A program made the position numbers and the translations under genes. This document shows, one piece after another, positions 27,932 to 36,776 of a stretch of DNA of 64,000 nucleotides. The notes beneath the pieces are model-generated. The model did not search any database. It was not told where the DNA came from and saw nothing but the letters and a program-made list of their open reading frames with translations. Position 1 is the stretch's first letter. Every line of letters begins with the position of its first letter. This stretch comes from Verrucomicrobiales bacterium (lineage in GTDB: Bacteria > Verrucomicrobiota > Verrucomicrobiia > Limisphaerales > JAYPXF01), in assembly GCA_038154405.1 (NCBI GenBank), contig JAYPXF010000001.1, forward strand, positions 22,772-86,771, in the 5' to 3' direction.

Positions 27932-28231
27932 ATGAGCGAGGAAACCGAAGAGTCAGACGAGGATGAACTCCCGGCGAAGCGGTGGTTGCCGTGGGTGGCA
28001 GGTGTGCTCAGTATTTTTCTGCTGTACGTCCTGTCGTGGGGGCCGGCGATTTTCATGTGGGTCAAGAACCAGAACGACCTGCCGGATTCGGTTGAGAACG
28101 TCTTGATGGTGACGTATCGCCCCCGCCTCGTGGTGATGTATCACAGCGAAGCCTATTTCTACTATTCCATGTGGTGGGCGAAAAAGGCGGATCCGGCGGG
28201 CGGCCTGGTGACCTACAAAGAATTTCGGTAG
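27932..28231 (+). CDS. small single-pass membrane protein, unrecognised family, paralog A
   Basis: ORF 27851..28231 trimmed to ATG 27932. Acidic tail MSEETEESDEDE, TM WLPWVAGVLSIFLLYVLSWGPAIF, then DLPDSV...MYHSEAYFYYSMWW. Aligns with the two downstream ORFs. Confidence 0.6.
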   Translation: MSEETEESDEDELPAKRWLPWVAGVLSIFLLYVLSWGPAIFMWVKNQNDLPDSVENVLMVTYRPRLVVMYHSEAYFYYSMWWAKKADPAGGLVTYKEFR

Positions 28232-28239
28232 GACTTTGA

Positions 28240-28575
28240 ATGAGTGAGAAGCCGAATGAAGCAGAGGAGAATCCGGAAGCAGAAGATCGATCCGGCCGAC
28301 GCCTATCGACTTGGATCTTGGGTGGACTCAGCCTCGTGTTTCTCTACTTCATTTCCTTCGGTCCCGTCATGTTCACCACCATCAAGTTCCAGGATGATCT
28401 TCCCGATATGGTCAACCAGGCCCTGGAAGCGATCTATGCGCCGCATGCAGCGCTCATGTAGCACAGTGAGGGCTACTAACAATACGCTCTCTGGTGGGCG
28501 ATCAAAGGCGAGCCGGCTTTGTCGTCTCATTCCCACAAGCAGTTTCGCGAGGACTTCGAACGTCGCAACAAGTAG
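28240..28575 (+). pseudogene. paralog B of the small membrane protein family, with two in-frame stop codons
   Basis: MSEKPNEAEENPEAEDRSGRRLSTWILGGLSLVFLYFISFGPVMFTTIKFQDDLPDMVNQALEAIYAPHAALM, TAG (28459-61), HSEGY, TAA (28477-79), QYALWWAIKGEPALSSHSHKQFREDFERRNK, TAG (28573-75). The same frame holds throughout. TAG sits where A and C have Tyr (MYHSE). Confidence 0.55.
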
Positions 28576-28577
28576 GT

Positions 28578-28901
28578 ATGGACGAGAACGATTCAGTAGA
28601 GATTGCGGACGAGGAAGAACGACCGCTGAAGCGGATGATGCCGTGGATCGCGGGTGGCTTGGCGATTGTGCTGCGCTACTTTATCTCCTTCGGGCCGGTC
28701 GTTTATGTGAGCATCAAGTTTCGACGCGATTTGCCCAACTCGATCGGGAATGTGTTGGAGGTCGCCTGTTTCCCTCACGCCCTGCTCATGTATCATAGCG
28801 AAAGCTACGATAACTACTTCCAGTGGTGGCAGGGCATGGCGAATCCATCCATCGTAGGCCCGGATCACGCCGCCTTTTGCGAATATTTCGAACGCCAGTA
28901 G
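28578..28901 (+). CDS. small single-pass membrane protein, unrecognised family, paralog C
   Basis: ATG 28578, 2 nt after the end of paralog B's frame. MDENDSVEIADEEERPLKRMMPWIAGGLAIVLRYFISFGPVVYVSIKFRRDLPNSIGNVLEVACFPHALLMYHSESYDNYFQWWQG...FCEYFERQ. Confidence 0.6.
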   Translation: MDENDSVEIADEEERPLKRMMPWIAGGLAIVLRYFISFGPVVYVSIKFRRDLPNSIGNVLEVACFPHALLMYHSESYDNYFQWWQGMANPSIVGPDHAAFCEYFERQ

Positions 28902-28907
28902 TTCTGC

Positions 28908-28996
28908 GTAGCGGAGTTCGCGAAGAATTCCGACTCCGGCAGGGACCAACGGCAGCGTGTTCTTACCAAATCGGAAGATTTCGCATCTTCCGCTGC
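28908..28996. repeat. bipartite palindromic intergenic element (copy 2)
   Basis: Left arm GTAGCGGAGTTCGCGAAGAATTCCGAC. Right arm CGGAAGATTTCGCATCTTCCGCTGC (28972-28996) is 23/25 identical to 15052-15076. The central spacer is longer than in copy 1. Confidence 0.5.
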
Positions 28997-29083
28997 ATCG
29001 TTCGAGGGAGGATTGCTCTGAATGCAAACGGGGCCGACCCCGATGGAATCAGCCCCGTCCACAGTTTCAGATGTGATTAGCAA

Positions 29084-30115
29084 TCAGTATTTCCGAGAAG
29101 CGATCGCTTCGGCGGCCTGCGATTGATCGAACACCTGGTCATCCACCACGGTGTTCTTCGGGAGCTCCTCACCGGCGACGGCTTTTTCGACGGCGTCGAA
29201 CGCGAGCGGTCCCAGCAGCGGACTGCATTCGACCGTGCAGTTGAGCGTACCTTTCACCATGGCTTCAAACGCGCCTTTCACGCCGTCGATGGAGACGAGA
29301 ATGATGTCCTCTCCGGGTTCTTTGCCGGCTTCCTCGATGGCCTGGATGGCGCCGAGGGCCATGTCGTCATTGTGCGCATAAATGGCGGTGACCTTGTCGC
29401 CGTGCACTTTCAACAACGCCTCGGTGACTTCCTTGCCGTTGGCGCGGCGAAAGTCACCGGTCTGCGAGGCGATGATCTTCATGTCCGCGTGCGCCTTGAG
29501 AGCTTCTTCAAATCCCTTCTTGCGATCTATGGCCGGCGCGGCGCCGGGTGTGCCTTCGAGCTGGATGATGCTCGCCTTGCCGCCGGTCTTTTTGACGAGC
29601 CATTCGCCGGCCATCCGACCTTCGGCAACGAAGTCGGAGGCGATGAGCGTGGCGTATAGGGAATCATCCGAAACCTTCAGTCCTCGATCGACGAGAATGA
29701 CCGGAATCTCTGCGTCCTTGGCTTCCTTCAGAACCTGTTTCCAACCGGTCTCCACCACAGGTGCCAGAATGATCGCGTCAACGCCCTGAGCGATGAAGCC
29801 GTTGACCGCCTTGATCTGGTTCTCTTGCTTGCCCTGCGCGTCGGAGAACTTGAGGGTCACGCCGCGCTTCTCGGCTTCTTCCTTGATCGATTGTGTCTCC
29901 GCCGTGCGCCATGAGCTTTCCGCTCCGACCTGTGCAAAACCGACCGTGAGATCAAGCGGAGCCTCAGCGGCACGGGGATCGGCGGAGGTCGGTTCACCGG
30001 GCGTGGGAGTCGGTGTGCGTGACTCCTGTCTGCAGGCGACGCCGAGGGACATCATTCCCGCCACGGCGACGATGGCGAGTGAACGAAGGAGAGATGGATG
30101 GTGTGCTTTCTTCAT
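29084..30115 (-). CDS. sugar ABC transporter substrate-binding lipoprotein (YtfQ/RbsB family)
   Basis: Lipobox SLGVAC, then a type I periplasmic binding fold (VGFAQVGAESSWRTAETQSIKEEAEKRG...AIYAHNDDMALGAIQAIEEAG). Confidence 0.85.
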   Translation of the reverse strand: MKKAHHPSLLRSLAIVAVAGMMSLGVACRQESRTPTPTPGEPTSADPRAAEAPLDLTVGFAQVGAESSWRTAETQSIKEEAEKRGVTLKFSDAQGKQENQIKAVNGFIAQGVDAIILAPVVETGWKQVLKEAKDAEIPVILVDRGLKVSDDSLYATLIASDFVAEGRMAGEWLVKKTGGKASIIQLEGTPGAAPAIDRKKGFEEALKAHADMKIIASQTGDFRRANGKEVTEALLKVHGDKVTAIYAHNDDMALGAIQAIEEAGKEPGEDIILVSIDGVKGAFEAMVKGTLNCTVECSPLLGPLAFDAVEKAVAGEELPKNTVVDDQVFDQSQAAEAIASRKY

Positions 30116-30116
30116 A

Positions 30117-31076
30117 TCAGTTCTTTTTCAAATGGGTGATGCGGGTGAGATAACGCTGCATAAGGATGAAAATCAACAACAGGACACCGATGGCGATGCG
30201 CAGCCACCAGGAATTGAGCCGGCCGTCAAAGATGAGCGCCGACTGAATGGTTCCGAATATGAGGACGCCACCGAGTGTTCCGGCCACAAAGCCCACCCCG
30301 CCAGTCAGCAGCGTTCCGCCGATCACCACCGATGCAATCGCATTCAGTTCCTCGCCATAGGCACCGGCAGGATTTCCAGAGCCCATGTAGAGCGTCGTGG
30401 TGACCCCGGCCAGCGCCGAACAGAATCCATTGAACGCATAGACCGAGATCTTGGTCATCGCAACCGGAAGGCCCATCAGCTTGGCCGAAGTCTCGTTGCC
30501 TCCGATCGCATAGATGTTTCGACCGAAGGGCGTCCAATGAGCGATGAATATCGCTGTCACCAACAAGCCGAGAAATATCAGCGCCACCGCTTTCAGTTTG
30601 GCTTTCGGTCCGACCACGATCCGGAAATCCTGAATGGCCGTGTAGAATTCATGCTCGATCGCGAGCGATTCTGAGCTGACGACAAAAGCCATTCCCCGGG
30701 CGAAGAACATTCCACCGAGCGTCACCAGAAACGGCGGCATCTCATATCGATGAATCAGGTAGCCCATGCCGGCGCCGAAGAGGGTCCCCAAAGCCATCGA
30801 GGTCGTGATCGCCGCAACCGGATGCCACGAATGCTTCATGATAAGTGATCCGACCAGTGTGGCGGTAAAGGCGAGCACCGCGCCGACCGAAAGATCAATG
30901 CCACCGGAAAGAATCACGAACGTCATTCCAATCGCCATGATACCCAGCACGGCATTGTCCGAGAACAGGTTGGCAACGACTCGTGCCGTAAAGAAGCGCT
31001 CGTACATGAGCGACGCGGTGGTGAACAATCCGATCAACACCGCGAAGGTTGCGAGCAGCGGAATGAAGCGGCTCAT
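30117..31076 (-). CDS. sugar ABC transporter permease (YjfF/RbsC family)
   Basis: ORF 30117..31397 trimmed to ATG 31076 (MSRFIPLLATFAVLIGLF), which overlaps the upstream stop (ATGA). Motif GGIDLSVGAV. Confidence 0.85.
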   Translation of the reverse strand: MSRFIPLLATFAVLIGLFTTASLMYERFFTARVVANLFSDNAVLGIMAIGMTFVILSGGIDLSVGAVLAFTATLVGSLIMKHSWHPVAAITTSMALGTLFGAGMGYLIHRYEMPPFLVTLGGMFFARGMAFVVSSESLAIEHEFYTAIQDFRIVVGPKAKLKAVALIFLGLLVTAIFIAHWTPFGRNIYAIGGNETSAKLMGLPVAMTKISVYAFNGFCSALAGVTTTLYMGSGNPAGAYGEELNAIASVVIGGTLLTGGVGFVAGTLGGVLIFGTIQSALIFDGRLNSWWLRIAIGVLLLIFILMQRYLTRITHLKKN

Positions 31077-32092
31077 GCGGGAGCCCTCCGTCCAAAGATG
31101 TTCGCCATCTGATTTCGAAAGGGTGCCGATTGGAGCAGGCACACGGCCACGATGACGATCGCCTTGGGCACCGGCGCAATCGCCGGAGGAACACCTTGGG
31201 TGATCATCGTCGTGGTCAACGTTTGGATCAGCAGGGCGCCGATGATTGAACCCACGAGGCGGAAGCGACCGCCGGTCAGAGCGGTTCCACCGACCACCAC
31301 GGCGAAGATCGCATCGAGTTCCATCATCTCGCCTACGCGACTCGAATCGGCTGCCTTGATGTTGGAGGCGGCGATCAGTCCCGCAATACCGGCGCATATT
31401 CCGGAGAATGCGTAGACCGAGAGTTTGATACGCGCGGTCGGCAGCCCGCTGAAACGACTGGCGGTTTCATTGTCGCCCGTGGCATCGACGAACAGGCCAC
31501 ACGCTGTCTTGCGCATCAGCAGAATGGTGAGGAGCAAGGTGGCCAGCACGATGGTAACCGTGAAGGGGACGCCGAGGAAATGGCCGTTGCCGATATAGAC
31601 CAGTGCCGGGTTCTCAAAGGTTACGATCTGGCCGTCGGTAATGAGCATCGCGATGCCTCGTCCCGCAACCATGAGAATGAGGGTGGCCACGATGGGTTGA
31701 ATGCCGGCGACTGAAACGAGGATGCCGTTGAAAAGTCCCAGGGCGGCCGTGGTGGCCAACGCAATCGGAACGATCACGGCCAGGGACATTTCCGTCTGCG
31801 TCACCAACACTGCGGCGATCGCGCCGGAGATCGCCATCAACGAACCAACGGACAGATCCACTCCACCCGTCGCGATCACCAACGTCATGCCCAAGGCCAG
31901 CAGCATCGTCTTGGAACCTTGATTGAGAATGTCGATCAGAGTTCCGTAGAGGTGTCCGTCACGAACTTCGATGCGGAAGAAACCGTCGACGAAAATGAAG
32001 TCGTAGAGCAGCAGCGCAGCCAAGCCGAGCAGGGGCCAGAGGAGCCTCCCTCCCTGAAACATCCGTTTCAATGATGCCATCGGATCACTCAT
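31073..32092 (-). CDS. sugar ABC transporter permease (YtfT/RbsC family)
   Basis: ORF 31073..32140. The start is either 32140 or the internal ATG 32092 (MSDPMASLKRMFQGGRLLWPLLGLAALLLY). Motif TGGVDLSVGSLMA. Confidence 0.8.
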   Translation of the reverse strand: MSDPMASLKRMFQGGRLLWPLLGLAALLLYDFIFVDGFFRIEVRDGHLYGTLIDILNQGSKTMLLALGMTLVIATGGVDLSVGSLMAISGAIAAVLVTQTEMSLAVIVPIALATTAALGLFNGILVSVAGIQPIVATLILMVAGRGIAMLITDGQIVTFENPALVYIGNGHFLGVPFTVTIVLATLLLTILLMRKTACGLFVDATGDNETASRFSGLPTARIKLSVYAFSGICAGIAGLIAASNIKAADSSRVGEMMELDAIFAVVVGGTALTGGRFRLVGSIIGALLIQTLTTTMITQGVPPAIAPVPKAIVIVAVCLLQSAPFRNQMANIFGRRAPA

Positions 32093-32305
32093 TGAATGGC
32101 GCTCCCATGCACGCGCCAGCGTCCTGTAGTACGGTGGCATGACACCGCTTTGGCAACGGTGAAATTCTCAGCGGCGCGTTGTCTTCGGAACCGGGCGTCG
32201 CGACAACTTGCAAGATTCTCCCGCGATCCACGGCATCCAAAGCGCCGTCATGCCGGCGCACTCCAGGACCTGGCGGAACAAGCAAAGGCGTTGGCATCAC
32301 TCGGT

Positions 32306-33805
32306 TCATTCGTGGTGGGCAACGAGTTCCATGATGCGTTGTCCGGTGATCTCATCGCCGGTGAGATCACCGACCTTCTTGCGGTCGCGCAGCACGGCTA
32401 CCCGGTCGCAGGTATGAACGACTTCCTCCAACTCGGAACTGATGAACAAGACCGCCATCCCTTTCTCACGCAGAGAACGCACGAGCTTCTCAATCTCTGC
32501 CTTGGCGCCGACATCGATGCCGCGGGTGGGTTCATCGAGGATGATGAGCTGCGGCTGCATTGCCAACCAGCGGGCGAGGAGGACCTTTTGTTGATTGCCA
32601 CCGGAGAGATTGCCGATGGGCGTGGCAGAATCGGGTGTCTTGATATTGAGCGCGGAGATGTAGTGTTCGCAGAGCTGTTCCTGCTCGGCGCGCGGCAACA
32701 ACCGACGCGCGCCGCGACTGGCCTGCATTGCGAGGATGATGTTCTCGCGGACGGACAGGTTGGGAATGATGCCTTCGCCCTTGCGATCCTCGGAACAGAA
32801 CGCGAGCCCCTGGCTAATGGCCTGCCGCGGCGTGCGCACGCGGGTGTCATCCGAGGCAATGTTCATGGAACCGGATTCCGCGGGCTCAATGCCAAAGAGC
32901 ATGCGCGCGGTCTCCGTGCGACCGGAGCCGAGCAGGCCGCCCAAGCCGACGACTTCGCCTTTGCCGATCGCGAGATCGATCGGTCCGATCTGACCGCTTC
33001 GACCGATGGCTTCGGCCTTCAGGAACGATTCGCCGGTGGCGGTGTCTCCATTCGTCGCGGATTCCGCGGTGGATTCTTCCGGTTGTCTGCCCAGCATCTT
33101 GCCGATGAGTTCGAGGCGCGGCAGATCGGTTGTCCGGTATTCCCCGACCAATCCCCCGTTGCGCAGAACCGTGATGTGATCGGAGATCTCGTAGACCTGG
33201 TCGAGGAAGTGGGTGACGAAGACGATGGCGAGCCCGTCGTCGCGCAGTTGGCGCATGACCTTGAAGAGCGCCGCCGTCTCCTGGTCATCCAGACTGGAGG
33301 TCGGTTCATCGAGGATGAGCACGCGCGCCTGGACGTCGAGCGCGCGGGCAATGGCGACCATTTGTTGGATGGCCATCGAACAGGAATCCAGTTGCGCGCT
33401 GACATCGAGTTTTAGTCCGAGACGCTGCAAGGCAGCTTCAGCGAGCCGCTTGGTTTCGCCCCAGCGGATGATGCCGAAGCGACGCGGCTGACGACCAAGC
33501 AAAATGTTCTCCCCAATCGAGAGCGAGCCGACGAGGTTGACCTCCTGATAAACCGTGCTGATGCCGTTGGCTTCCGCTTCAAGGGGGGAGGCAGGATCGA
33601 TCGCTGCGTGATTCAGCTCCATCGATCCCTCGTCGCGTTGACAAACGCCGGTGAGCACCTTGATGAGCGTCGATTTGCCGGCGCCGTTTTCGCCCATCAA
33701 CGCATGGACCTCACCGGGATGAAGATTCAGGTCCACCCCATCCAACGCCACCACGCCCGGAAACACCTTCCGGATGCCACGCAGCTGGAGAATGGGGCCG
33801 CTCAC
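32306..33805 (-). CDS. sugar ABC transporter ATP-binding protein, duplicated ATPase (YtfR/RbsA/MglA type)
   Basis: 499 aa. Walker A GENGAGKST, two LSGG-type signature motifs (SIGENILLG.., LSGGNQQKVLLARWL) and Walker B ILDEPT twice. Confidence 0.9.
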   Translation of the reverse strand: MSGPILQLRGIRKVFPGVVALDGVDLNLHPGEVHALMGENGAGKSTLIKVLTGVCQRDEGSMELNHAAIDPASPLEAEANGISTVYQEVNLVGSLSIGENILLGRQPRRFGIIRWGETKRLAEAALQRLGLKLDVSAQLDSCSMAIQQMVAIARALDVQARVLILDEPTSSLDDQETAALFKVMRQLRDDGLAIVFVTHFLDQVYEISDHITVLRNGGLVGEYRTTDLPRLELIGKMLGRQPEESTAESATNGDTATGESFLKAEAIGRSGQIGPIDLAIGKGEVVGLGGLLGSGRTETARMLFGIEPAESGSMNIASDDTRVRTPRQAISQGLAFCSEDRKGEGIIPNLSVRENIILAMQASRGARRLLPRAEQEQLCEHYISALNIKTPDSATPIGNLSGGNQQKVLLARWLAMQPQLIILDEPTRGIDVGAKAEIEKLVRSLREKGMAVLFISSELEEVVHTCDRVAVLRDRKKVGDLTGDEITGQRIMELVAHHE

Positions 33806-35016
33806 GAAGCCAGTTGCGGGGTCAGGACGCCGGCGCCGGGTCCGGGGCGAACGGCAAACAGGGATGGATGAATTTCCGTCCGTTCCAGGTATTCGCGGGA
33901 GATGCGATCGCGAACCGAACCGGTATCAGCAATGCGTATCAGGGCGATCGCACAGCCGCCGAAACCGCCGCCGGTCATGCGCGCGCCATACACTCCGCCC
34001 TCTTCGCCGATGTCACGGCAGATGTCGACCACGGCATCAAGCTCGGCGCAACTCACCGCGTAGTCATCCCGCAGCGATTCGTGGCTGTGATACATGTGTT
34101 CGCCGGTGGTCGCCCAATCCTTTTCACGAACCGCCTGCGCGGCTGCCGTCGTGCGTCTGTTCTCGGAGATCACGTGCCGGGCGCGTTTGAATTCAGTGTC
34201 CGTCAACCTGCCGGAAGCCGCTTCGAGCTGCGGCAGACTGATCGCCCGCAAAGAATTCGCACTCAACTTTGCGGCCGCGCTCTCACAGGTCTGTCGCCGC
34301 AAGGCGTATTCCCCATCGGCAAGTTCGTGACGGACGTTGGTGTTGATCACCAGCATCTCGAGATCGGGATCCTGAAAGGACACGTATTCCGATTCACCAC
34401 TCTGGCAATCGAGCAGCAAGAGGTGATCTTCCCGACCGAACACGCTCGTGTATTGATCCATCAGTCCGCAGGGCACACCGACGTAGTCGTGCTCCGCCTT
34501 CTGGCAGATCATCGCCTTCTCCAATGGCGGAATTCTGCAGTCCAACAAGGCTTCAAGTACGCTCAGGGTGGCCACCTCCAGCGCCGCGCTGCTGCTGAGT
34601 CCGGAGCCCAAGGGCACGTCGGATGAAACAACTGCATTGAACCCGGCTACCGAAGCTCCGGTCTGGCAGAGCCCGGCCACGACCCCGCGCACGTAATCCG
34701 CGAAGTTTCCCTGCGGTTTCGGCTCCAGTTCACAGAGCGAGAAACGCAACTCCTCGTCCCGCTCCGCGGAGTAGACGACGACCGCGTTCGAGTCGTTGGG
34801 AGCGGCGGCCATCCGGCAGGTCCGGTTGATCGCCATCGGCAGCACGAAGCCGTCGTTGTAATCAGTGTGTTCGCCGATGAAGTTCACCCGCCCCGGCGCT
34901 GTCGCAATGGCGACCGGTTCCGTCCCGAACTGCTTGCGAAACAGTTCGGATATGACGGTGGCCTGGCAGGGTGATTTCGGGTTGGTGGACAAGTTGTGGC
35001 CACCATAACGATTCAC
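33802..35016 (-). CDS. galK: galactokinase
   Basis: Galactokinase signature GRVNFIGEHTDYNDGFVLPMAI and GHMP kinase motif PLGSGLSSSAALEVA. The stop overlaps the ATPase start by 4 nt. Confidence 0.9.
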   Translation of the reverse strand: MNRYGGHNLSTNPKSPCQATVISELFRKQFGTEPVAIATAPGRVNFIGEHTDYNDGFVLPMAINRTCRMAAAPNDSNAVVVYSAERDEELRFSLCELEPKPQGNFADYVRGVVAGLCQTGASVAGFNAVVSSDVPLGSGLSSSAALEVATLSVLEALLDCRIPPLEKAMICQKAEHDYVGVPCGLMDQYTSVFGREDHLLLLDCQSGESEYVSFQDPDLEMLVINTNVRHELADGEYALRRQTCESAAAKLSANSLRAISLPQLEAASGRLTDTEFKRARHVISENRRTTAAAQAVREKDWATTGEHMYHSHESLRDDYAVSCAELDAVVDICRDIGEEGGVYGARMTGGGFGGCAIALIRIADTGSVRDRISREYLERTEIHPSLFAVRPGPGAGVLTPQLAS

Positions 35017-35114
35017 CCCACCCCAACAATGAGCTCAAGGGTTAATGGTTGGAAGAATCCGGTCACGGGTCAAAAACGCTTTCAATGAACGGGTTGGCGG
35101 GCAGGATCACCGGC

Positions 35115-36560
35115 ATGAGATTCCAGAAACTTCGGTTCTTTCGACGATTGGCAGTCATTGCCTTGGCTTGTGCAGGGGTGTGTAGCCACGCCGCGGAGAA
35201 GCTGAACGTCCTTTTCATAGCCGCCGACGACATGAACAACGACCTGGGCGTTTACGGCGACAAGCGGGTCAGGACGCCGCATCTGGATCGCCTGGCAAAG
35301 ATGGGCGTCCGCTTTGATCGCGCGTATTGCCAGCAACCGCTTTGCGGACCGAGTCGCGCCAGCCTGATGACCGGCCTGCGGCCGGACACCTTGGACATGC
35401 ACACGCTGGCGCATGAACTTCGGAAGAAGAACCCGGACGTCGTGACGCTGGGCCAGCTGTTCCGCAACAATGGTTATTTCTCCGCGCGGGCCGGCAAGAT
35501 CTATCACTACGGCAATCCCAAGCAGATCGGCACGGACGCCAATGATGATCCTGCCACCTGGGACGAGCGTTACAACCCGGCCGGCATCGACAAGCAGCAC
35601 GAGGACAAGATCATCAATCATGGTCCCAACAAGGGGCTTGGCATTTCGATGGCCTGGTGGGATCCCGTGAGTCGCGATGAGGAACACACCGACGGAATGG
35701 TCGCGAGCAAGATCATTGAGTTGGTCGGGAAGAAAAAGGACGAGCCGTTTTTTCTCGCCGCCGGCTTCTTCAATCCCCATTGCCCCTACGTCGCGCCCAA
35801 ACGTTACTTCGACATGTATCCGTTGGACGAAATCACCATTCCGGACCTGCAGGCGGCCAAGGAAGATTTGAAAGACGTGCCTCCGATGGCGATCCAACGG
35901 GACACCAAGAACTGGCCCTACTATTTCAAGGACATCACCGTAGAGGAAGCCCGCAAGTGCAAGCAGGCCTACTACGCGTGCAACACCTTCGTGGATGCCC
36001 AGGTCGGGCGACTCCTTGATGCGCTCGATAAACACAACCTGATGGGCAAGACCATCATTGTTTTCTGTTCCGACCACGGGTATTTCCTCGGCGAGAAGGG
36101 ACTCTGGTACAAACGTAAGGCGTTTGAGCGATCCGCGCGGATGCCGCTCATCATTGCTGCGCCTGGCCTTTCCCGCAACAAGGCCACCGGGAAACCGGTC
36201 GAACTGCTCGATCTATATCCGACGCTGGCCGATTTGTGCGGCCTGACACCGCCATCAAATCTTGAAGGCCAATCTCTCCGTCCGCTCCTGACGAATCCGA
36301 TGCAAGCAGTATGGAACAAAGCAGCGGTCACGCAGGTGTGGCACAATCGCAACGCTTGGGGCTATTCCATTCGGACAGAGCGTTGGCGCTACACCGAATG
36401 GCTGCAAGGGAAGGCGGGACGGGAATTGTACGACCATGCCAACGATCCCGACGAGACCATCAATCTCGCCCCGTTACCCGATCATCTTGACATCGCCGAT
36501 CGCCTTGCCAGGCGATTGGCACCGTACCACCGGCTGCGACCGCACAAACGGCCCAAATAG
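35115..36560 (+). CDS. formylglycine-dependent sulfatase, iduronate-2-sulfatase (IDS)-like
   Basis: ORF 35049 (TTG)..36560 trimmed to ATG 35115 (MRFQKLRFFRRLAVIALACAGVCSHA). KLNVLFIAADDMNNDLGVYGDKRVRTPHLDRLA...LCGPSRASLMTGLRPDT. From memory this resembles human IDS ([31 protein letters not shown]...CAPSRVSFLTGRRPDT). Confidence 0.85.
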   Translation: MRFQKLRFFRRLAVIALACAGVCSHAAEKLNVLFIAADDMNNDLGVYGDKRVRTPHLDRLAKMGVRFDRAYCQQPLCGPSRASLMTGLRPDTLDMHTLAHELRKKNPDVVTLGQLFRNNGYFSARAGKIYHYGNPKQIGTDANDDPATWDERYNPAGIDKQHEDKIINHGPNKGLGISMAWWDPVSRDEEHTDGMVASKIIELVGKKKDEPFFLAAGFFNPHCPYVAPKRYFDMYPLDEITIPDLQAAKEDLKDVPPMAIQRDTKNWPYYFKDITVEEARKCKQAYYACNTFVDAQVGRLLDALDKHNLMGKTIIVFCSDHGYFLGEKGLWYKRKAFERSARMPLIIAAPGLSRNKATGKPVELLDLYPTLADLCGLTPPSNLEGQSLRPLLTNPMQAVWNKAAVTQVWHNRNAWGYSIRTERWRYTEWLQGKAGRELYDHANDPDETINLAPLPDHLDIADRLARRLAPYHRLRPHKRPK

Positions 36561-36620
36561 CGGGTGCTTGACCGCCGTTTTGCGGCCTGTTCCGACTTGT
36601 CACCCGATCGTAACAAGATA

Positions 36621-36628
36621 TGTATAAT
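36621..36628 (+). promoter_or_regulatory. extended -10 element (TGTATAAT) upstream of DUF11 gene
   Basis: TGTATAAT at 36621-36628 in an AT-richer intergenic stretch, about 150 nt upstream of ATG 36777. The nearest -35-like TTGTCA (36597-36602) is 20 nt away (non-canonical spacing). Confidence 0.25.
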
Positions 36629-36776
36629 ATTGCGTAAAAACACGGATTGCGGTCGGGGATTGGCTATTAATCTTGCCTGCTTGGGGCGCAGTCCTTCCCG
36701 GCAACTGATTATCCATTCCAATACAAGAGGAAGTCATTAAACACACTAAAGAAACTGACGCTCGCCGTGGCGAACC

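Noticed and set aside
28244-28798. 184-aa ORF in an alternative frame across paralogs B and C
   Set aside because: The three-way protein alignment of A, B and C supports the other frame. The alternative product is Ser/Arg-rich low complexity.
36597-36628. Canonical -35/-10 promoter for the DUF11 gene
   Set aside because: TTGTCA and TATAAT are 20 nt apart, outside the usual 16-18 nt window. Only the extended -10 (TGTATAAT) is kept, as a low-confidence feature.
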